A stretch of DNA of 42,139 nt from assembly GCF_004010195.1 (NCBI RefSeq), contig NC_057755.1:10847497-10889635 (forward strand), in the 5' to 3' direction. The position numbers were made by a program, and so were the translations under genes. The stretch is from Chiloscyllium plagiosum. Taxonomy: Eukaryota. The stretch's first letter is position 1. Each line of letters opens with the position of its first letter. The notes below the pieces were generated by a model. It was not told the origin of the DNA. It saw nothing but the letters and a program-made list of their open reading frames with translations, and searched no databases. Of this stretch, positions 35,290 to 42,139 are shown one piece after another.

Positions 35290-36890
35290 ATAATACTGAC
35301 TGAGACAGGGACACTGTATTTAATTCACGGACTCAGTAAAACTGACTGGGACAGGGACACAGTATTTAATTCACTGTCTCAGTAATACTGACTGGGACAG
35401 GGATACAGTATTTAATTCACTGTCTCAGTAATACTGACTGGGACAGGGACAGAGTATTTAATTCACTATCTCAGTAATACTGACTGGGACAGGGACACTG
35501 TATTCAATTCACTGACTCAGTAATACTGACTGGGATAGGGACACTATTTAATTCACTGACTCAGTAATACTGACTGGGACAGGGACACTGTATTTAATTC
35601 ACTGACTCAGTAATACTGACTGGGACAGGGACACTGTATTTAATTCACTGACTCAGCAATACTGACTGGGGCAGGGACACTGTATTCAATTCACTGACTC
35701 AGTAATACTGACTGGGACAGGGACACAGTATTTAGTTCACTGTCTCAGTAATACTGACTGGGACAGGGACACAGTATTTTATTCACTGACTCAGTAATAC
35801 TGACTGGGACAGGGACACTGTTTCTAATTCACTGACTCAGCAATATTGACTGGGGCAGGGACACTGTATTCAATTCACTGACTCAGTAATACTGACTGGG
35901 ATAGGGACACTGTATTTAATTCACTGACTCAGTAATACTGACTGGGACAGGGACACTGTATTTAGTTCACTGACTCAGTAATACTGACTGGGACAGGGAC
36001 ACTGTATCTAATTCACTGACTCATCAATACTGACTGGGGCAGGGACACTATTCAATTCACTGACTCAGTAATACTGACTGGGACAGGGACACAGTATTTA
36101 ATTCACTGACTCAGTAAAACTGACTGGGACAGGGACACAATATTTAATTCACTGTCTCAGTAATACTGACTTAGACAGGTATACAGTATTTAATTCACTG
36201 TCTCAGTAATACTGACTGGGACAGGGACAGAGTATTTAATTCACTGTCTCAGTAATACTGACTGGGACAGGGACACTGTATTCAATTCACTGACTCAGTA
36301 ATGCTGACTGGGATAGGGACACTGTATTTAATTCACTGACTCAGTAATACTGACTGGGACAGGGACACTGTATTTAATTCACTGACTCAGTAATATTGAC
36401 TGGGACAGGGACACAGTATTTAGTTCACTGTCTCAGTAATACTGACTGGGACAGGGACACAGTATTTAGTTTACTGACTCAGTAATACTGACTGGGACAG
36501 GGACACTGTATCTAATTCACTGACTCAGCAATACTGACTGGGGCAGGGACACTGTATTCAATTCACTGTCTCATTAATACTGACTGGGACAGGGACACAG
36601 TATTTAATTCACTGACTCAGTAATACTGACTGCGACAGGGACACTGTATTTAATTCACTGACTCAGCAATACTGACTGGGACAGGGGCACAGTATTTATT
36701 TCACTGTCTCAGTAATACTGACTGGGACAGGGACACAGTATTTATTTCACTGTCTCAGTAATACTGACTGGGACAGGGACACAGTATTTAGTTCACTGAC
36801 TTAGTAATACTGACTGGGACAGGGACACAGTATTTAGTTCACTGCCTCAGAAATACTCACTGGGACAGGGACACAGTATTCAATTCACTG
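35290..36890. repeat. 46-bp minisatellite, about 35 units
   Basis: Unit ACTGACTGGGACAGGGACACTGTATTTAATTCACTGACTCAGTAAT. Confidence 0.97.
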
Positions 36891-37322
36891 CATGGGTTGG
36901 TGTTCCCATGTATCTGCTGCCCTTGTCCTTTCAGACGGAAGTGGGCATGAGTTTGTAAGGTGCTGTCTAAGGGTCTTTGATGAATTTCTGCAGCGCATCT
37001 TGTGGATGGTACACACTGCAGCTACTGAGCGTCAGTGATGGAGGGAATGGATGTTTGCGAATGTGGTGCAGACAGAGACAATGAGAGATGATGATGATGT
37101 ATCTGTACAGAGAGGTTGATCCAATCCCATTGTAATTGACTGGGATGAGGGGGTGGTGGCGGGGTGGTGGACTGGAATTAGAAGGAGCAGTGCAGAACAC
37201 GGCAATTGATCATGAACATTTGAGAGAGTTAGCAGTGGGCTCAGAAACAACCACACACAGCAGTTAGAATCCGGAATTCTCTCTCTATATTGGGGAGAAA
37301 GTTGCTGGCTCCCTATATTGGG

Positions 37323-37431
37323 CAGATGCTGGAGATCAGAGCTGAAAATGTGTTGCTGGAAAAGCGCAGCAGGTCAGGCAGTATCCAGGGAACTGGAGAA
37401 TCGACGTTTCGGGCGTAAGCCCTTCTTCAGG
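37323..37431 (-). mobile_element. 109-bp Penelope-derived insertion carrying a minimal hammerhead motif
   Basis: 11-bp TSD CCTATATTGGG (37312-37322 and 37432-37442); minus strand reads CCTGAAGAAGGGCTTACGCCCGAAACGTC. Confidence 0.85.
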
Positions 37432-37596
37432 CCTATATTGGGGGCCAATGTGTAACTTTAAACCTGATACTGTGTGTCTTGTGGGGAAGGAGATTAAAAG
37501 TTTCAGAACAAATGCAGCAAAATAAACCAGAAATATTGATCAGCTTTGAACTGACTAACGTGTACACTTGCGATTTAAGGCTGAATGGGACACACT

Positions 37597-38030
37597 GGAA
37601 AGGGGCTGAATGGCCTGTTCCTGTTCATGTGGACAGGCTGGAGCAGGGGGCAAAATGGCCTGTTCTTGTTCATGTGGACAGGCTGGAGAAGGGGCTGAAT
37701 GGCCTGTTCCTGTTCATATGGACAGGCTGGAGAAGAGGCTGAATGGCCTGTTCCTGTTCCTGTGGGACAGGCTAGAGCAAGGGGCTTAATGGCCTGTTCC
37801 TGTGAGACAGGCTGGAGCAGGGGAATGAATGGCCTGTTTCTGTACAACAGGCTGCAAAAGGGAGCTAAATGGCAGGTTCTTGTGGGACAGGCTGGAGAAA
37901 GGGCTGAATGGCCTGTTCCAGTGGGAAAGGGTGGAGAAGGGGCTGAAATGCTTGTTCCTGTGGGACAGGATGGAGAAAGGGCTGAATGGCCTTGTCCTGT
38001 GGGACAGTACGGAGAAGGGGCTGAATGGAT
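37597..38030. repeat. ~39-45 bp minisatellite, about 11 units
   Basis: Unit GGGGCTGAATGGCCTGTTCCTGTGGGACAGGCTGGAGAA and variants. Confidence 0.9.
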
Positions 38031-39082
38031 CAATGTGCCAGTAAAAGGATAGATGCCCCCTCGCTGTGAATTCAGGATCTGTGCTCTGCTTCACCATGCC
38101 CAGGTACTGGCATATGAGGTGGCTGAGCAAAGCCACTGCATTGGCATGCAATTCCGAAGCCTTGAGTACAATACAGTTCCCTGAGGGTTAACAGTCACCA
38201 GGAACCCTTTCTGCATCTCGGAGTGAACAGAGCATCCAGAAAATCCCCTGACGGCTCAGCCAGCATGTGCGGGAAGAAACCGAGTCTGTGTTTCACACTA
38301 ACACACATAATAGGAATACGTGCTAAGCCATTTGGCCCCTCCACCTGTTCAATGGATCACCTCTGATTTGGTTATGGATTAGATTTTCACCGTCCTGACC
38401 ACACTGAGGGTCTTTGATTCCCTGAAGTCACAGCCTGGGATCTTGCTGTGCCCACTAAAGGCTCAGAGTGGTGCCCTAACCTGGGATCTTGCTGTGCCCT
38501 TGCAAAGCACAGGGTGGTGCAGAGCCTGGGATCTTGCTGTGCTTATCCGAGGCTCAGGGGGAAGGCCAAGCCAGGAACTCGTTGAGGCTCAGGGTTTTGG
38601 GGTATGGGTGGGTTTCTGGATAGTGGGATCTTCCTGTGCAGTCTTCCTACTGATCTGCAGCGATGGCTCCAACTGAGAGCTGGAGGGGGTGCAGTTGCAG
38701 CTGAAGTGGCTGTCTTCAGGCCGTGGTGATGGTCAGGGTCACTCCGAAAGGTTCCTTCTGGATAAAAGATTCTTCCAGCTTGGTTAGCTGAGATAGGACA
38801 GGAGGCAGACATTATTTCCAATCTGCTCCTTATCCCAAACCCGTCAGCCGGGAAGGAAGACTGGGAAGGTCCACGGGTGGGATGGGAGGAGAATGGGCGG
38901 ATGTGAATTCCCCCGTCAGAGAGCCAGCCTGAAAAACTGAGAGGCCTCATGGTGTGCTGTGAGAATTCTGCCTCCCACTGAGCCACATTGAACCCAGAGC
39001 AGGCTGAGATCTTCCTGGCTGCATGGCTGGCCAAGGGAAGAGAGGTGGATGGAATATGGGCAAGTGCGAGTGGGTGGGTACT

Positions 39083-39240
39083 GTGTGTGTGTGAAAGAGA
39101 GAGAGCAACAGAGAGAGAGACAGAGAGAAAAAGAGAGAGACAGAGATAGATAGAAAGAGAGAGAGACAGAAACAGACAGAGTGACAGATGGAGACAGAGA
39201 AGTGAGAGAAAGTATGAGAGAAAGACAGAGAGAAAAAATG
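39083..39240. repeat. GT/GA-rich simple repeat
   Basis: Direct reading. Confidence 0.9.
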
Positions 39241-39782
39241 GATAGACACACAGACCTCAGTACGTACCAAGGAACACACTTTTCAGTCTGTAGACAGACA
39301 CACAGTCCTCAGTACGTACCAAGAAATGCACCATTCAGTTTGTAGATAGACACACAGCCCTGAGTGCATACCAACGAACACACTGTTCAGCCTGTAGATA
39401 GACACGCATCACTCAGTATGTGCCAAGGAACACACTGTTCAGCCTGTAGATAGACACACAGCCCTGAGTGCATACCAAGGAACACACTGTTCAACCTGCA
39501 GATAGACACACAATCCTGAGTGCATACCAAGGAACACACTGTTCAGCCTGTAAATGGATGCACAGCCCTCAGTGTGTACAAAGGATCACAATGTTCAGCC
39601 TGTAGATTGAAACGCAGCCCTCAGTGTGCACTAAGGAACAGACCCGTTCAGCCTGTACATAGACACACAACCCTCAATATGTACCAAGGAACACACTATT
39701 CAGCTTGCAGAGAGACACACAGACCTCAGTACTGACCAAGAAACACACCGTTCAGCCTGTACATAGACACACAGCCCTCAGA
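39241..39782. repeat. 52-bp minisatellite, about 10 units
   Basis: Unit GATAGACACACAGCCCTCAGTGCGTACCAAGGAACACACTGTTCAGCCTGTA. Confidence 0.9.
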
Positions 39783-39794
39783 GCGAAAGTGTGT

Positions 39795-39982
39795 GTGCTG
39801 AACAAACACTGAATAACCCGTCAGAGAGAGACAGACAGACAGACTGCTAAACAAATACAGAATAATCTATCAGATAGAGAGAGAGAGACTGCTGAACAAA
39901 CACAGAATAACCCATCAGAGAGACAGACAGATAGAGAGAGAAAGTGAGCGAGAGAGACTGCTAAACAGATACAGATTACCCA

Positions 39983-40015
<33 letters not shown>

Positions 40016-40297
40016 GACAGAGTCCTGAACAAACACTGACTAACCCATCAGAGACGGACTGAGAGAGGGAGAGAGAGAGAGAGAGACTGCTGTACAGGCA
40101 CAGAATAACTAACTCAGAGAAAGAGAGAGAGTCTGCTTAAGAAACACAGAATAGCCAATCAGAGTGAGAGCCGGAGAGACTACTGAAGAAACACAGAACA
40201 ACCCATCAGAGAGAGAGAGAGAACTGTTGAACAAACACAGAATAACTCATCAGAGAGAGTGAGACAGAGAGACTGCTGAAAGAAACAGAATAACCCA
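39795..40297. repeat. Compound repeat: constant ~30-bp core with variable (GA/GACA)n spacers
   Basis: About 9 copies of GACTGCTGAACAAACACAGAATAACCCATCAGA. Confidence 0.88.
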
Positions 40298-40299
40298 AG

Positions 40300-42139
40300 A
40301 ATGTTCAAGAATGTAGGGAGGCTGTGGAGAAGGCACTGACAGGGAATACTTGCGGACACAGAGATGGGTTTAAGTGCGTATACTCCAACGCAAGGAGTAT
40401 CAGAAATAAAGTGGGTGAACTTAAGGCGTGGATTGGTACTTGGGACTATGATGTTGTGGCCATCACGGAAACGTGGATAGAAGAGGGACAGGAATGGTTG
40501 TTGGAGGTTCCTGGTTACAGATGTTTCAGTAAGATTAGGGAGGGTGGTAAAAAAGGAGGGGGATGGCGTTGCTAATTAGAAATGGTATAACGGCTGCAGA
40601 AAGGCAGTTCGAGGGGGATCTGCCTTTGGAGGTAGTATGGGCTGAAATCACAAAAACGAAAGGAGCAGTCACCTCATTGGGTGTTTACTATAGGCCCCCC
40701 AATAGCAACAGGGATGTAGAGAAACAGATTGGGAAACAGATTTTGGAAAGGTGCAGAAGCCACAGTAGTAGTCATGGGAGATTTCAACTTCCCAAATATT
40801 GATTGGAAGCTTTTTAGATCAAGTAGATTGGACGGGGCGGTGTTTGTGCAGTGTGTCCAGGAAGCTTTTCTAACTCAGTATGTAGATTGCCCGACCAGAG
40901 GGGAGGCCATATTGGATTTGGTACTTGGTAACGAACCGGGACAAGTGATGGGCTTGTTAGTGGGTGAACATTTTGGTGATGGTGACCACAATTCTGTGAT
41001 TTTCACCTTGGTTATGGAGAGAGATAAGTGCGTGCAACAGGGTAGGGTTTGTGATTGGGGGAAGGGTAAGTCCGATGATGCAAGACAAGATCTGAGGAGC
41101 ATAAGTTGGGAGCATAGGCTATCAGGGAAGGATGTCGTCGAAATGTGGAACTTTTTCAAGGAACAGATACGACGTGTCCTTGATATGTATGTACCTGTCA
41201 GGCAGGAAAGAAATGGTCGTGTGAGGGAACCTTGGTTGACGAGGGAGGTTGAATGTCTTGTAAAGAGGAAGAAGGAGGCTTACATAAGGTTGAGAAAACA
41301 AGGTTCAGACAGAGCTTTGAAGGGATACAGGATAGCCAGGAGGGAGCTGAAGAAAGGGATTAGGAGGGAGCTAAGAGAGGGCATGGAAGATCTTTGGCGG
41401 GTAGGATCAAGGATAACCCCAAGGCCTTTTATGCGTATGTGAGAAACTTGAGAATGATGAGAATCAAGGATCGTAGTGGGAGATTGTGCATTGAGTCGGA
41501 AGAGATAGGAGAGTACTTGAATGAGTACTTTTCTTCAATATTTACAAATGAGAGGGACCGTATTGTTGAAGAGGAGAGTATGAAACAAACTGGTAAGCTA
41601 AAGGAGATACTTGTTAGGAAGGAAGATGTGTTGGGCATTTTGAAAAACTTGAGGATAGACAAGTCCCCCGGGCCTGACGGGATATATCCTAGGATTATGT
41701 GGGAAGCAAGAGAGGAAATTGCAGAGCCGTTGGCAATGATCTTTTCGTCTTCACTGTCAACGGGGGTGGTACCAGGCAACTGGAGAGTGGCGAATGTTGT
41801 GCCCCTGTTCAAAAAAGGGAATAGGGATAACCCCAGGAATTACAGACCAGTTAGTTTTACTTCGGTGGTAGACAAAGTAACGGAAAGGGTACTGAGGGAT
41901 AGGATTTATGAGTATCTGGAAAGACACTGCTTGATTAGGGACAGCCAGCACGGATTTGTGAGGGGTAGGTCTTGCCTTACAAGACTTATTGAATTCTTTG
42001 AGGAGGTGACCAAAAATGTGGATGAGGGTAGAGCAGTGGATGTAGTATACATGGATTTTAGTAAGGCATTTGATAAGGTTCCCCATGGTAGGCTTATGCA
42101 GAAAGTCAGGAGGCATGGGATAGAGGGAAATTTGCCCAA
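40300..42139 (+). mobile_element. CR1 LINE ORF2 (APE endonuclease to RT start), frameshifted, running off the window
   Basis: NARSIRNK, VAITETW, YRPP, GDFNFPNIDW, DHN, KSPGPDG, NYRPVS, DFSKAFDKV. Confidence 0.95.

Noticed and set aside
35290..36890. CRISPR-like periodic array
   Set aside because: Contiguous tandem units with no unique spacers, eukaryotic context, no cas genes
39795..40297. Constant repeat with variable spacers resembling CRISPR
   Set aside because: Spacers are GA/GACA microsatellites, not unique sequence

Overview
Eukaryotic, repeat-dominated genomic DNA with four N gaps. The repeat families (CR1-type LINEs, HE1-like V-SINEs, Penelope-like elements, a DeuSINE-like minisatellite) point to a cartilaginous fish, probably a shark (inference). 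One complete protein-coding gene can be reconstructed on the minus strand: a two-exon class A GPCR of the GPR139/GPR142-like type. Its 67-nt exon 1 (25129-25195) is missed by the ORF track and splices in frame to exon 2 (21740-22635), giving 320 aa. A second near-identical exon 1 (819-885) lies in a segmentally duplicated block, and a degraded paralog fragment lies at 6542-6701, so this looks like a birth-and-death receptor cluster. A CpG-rich promoter with an RFX X-box, GC box and CCAAT box precedes an unidentified first coding exon (13180-13263, minus). Two ~100-bp insertions with perfect target-site duplications consist of a Penelope-type minimal hammerhead ribozyme motif and both start at the catalytic core. 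Related palindromic elements are centred on the same core position. Several minisatellites are present, some derived from transposon segments. Parts of the duplicated region show signs of misassembly. All family assignments come from motif recognition; no database search was run.
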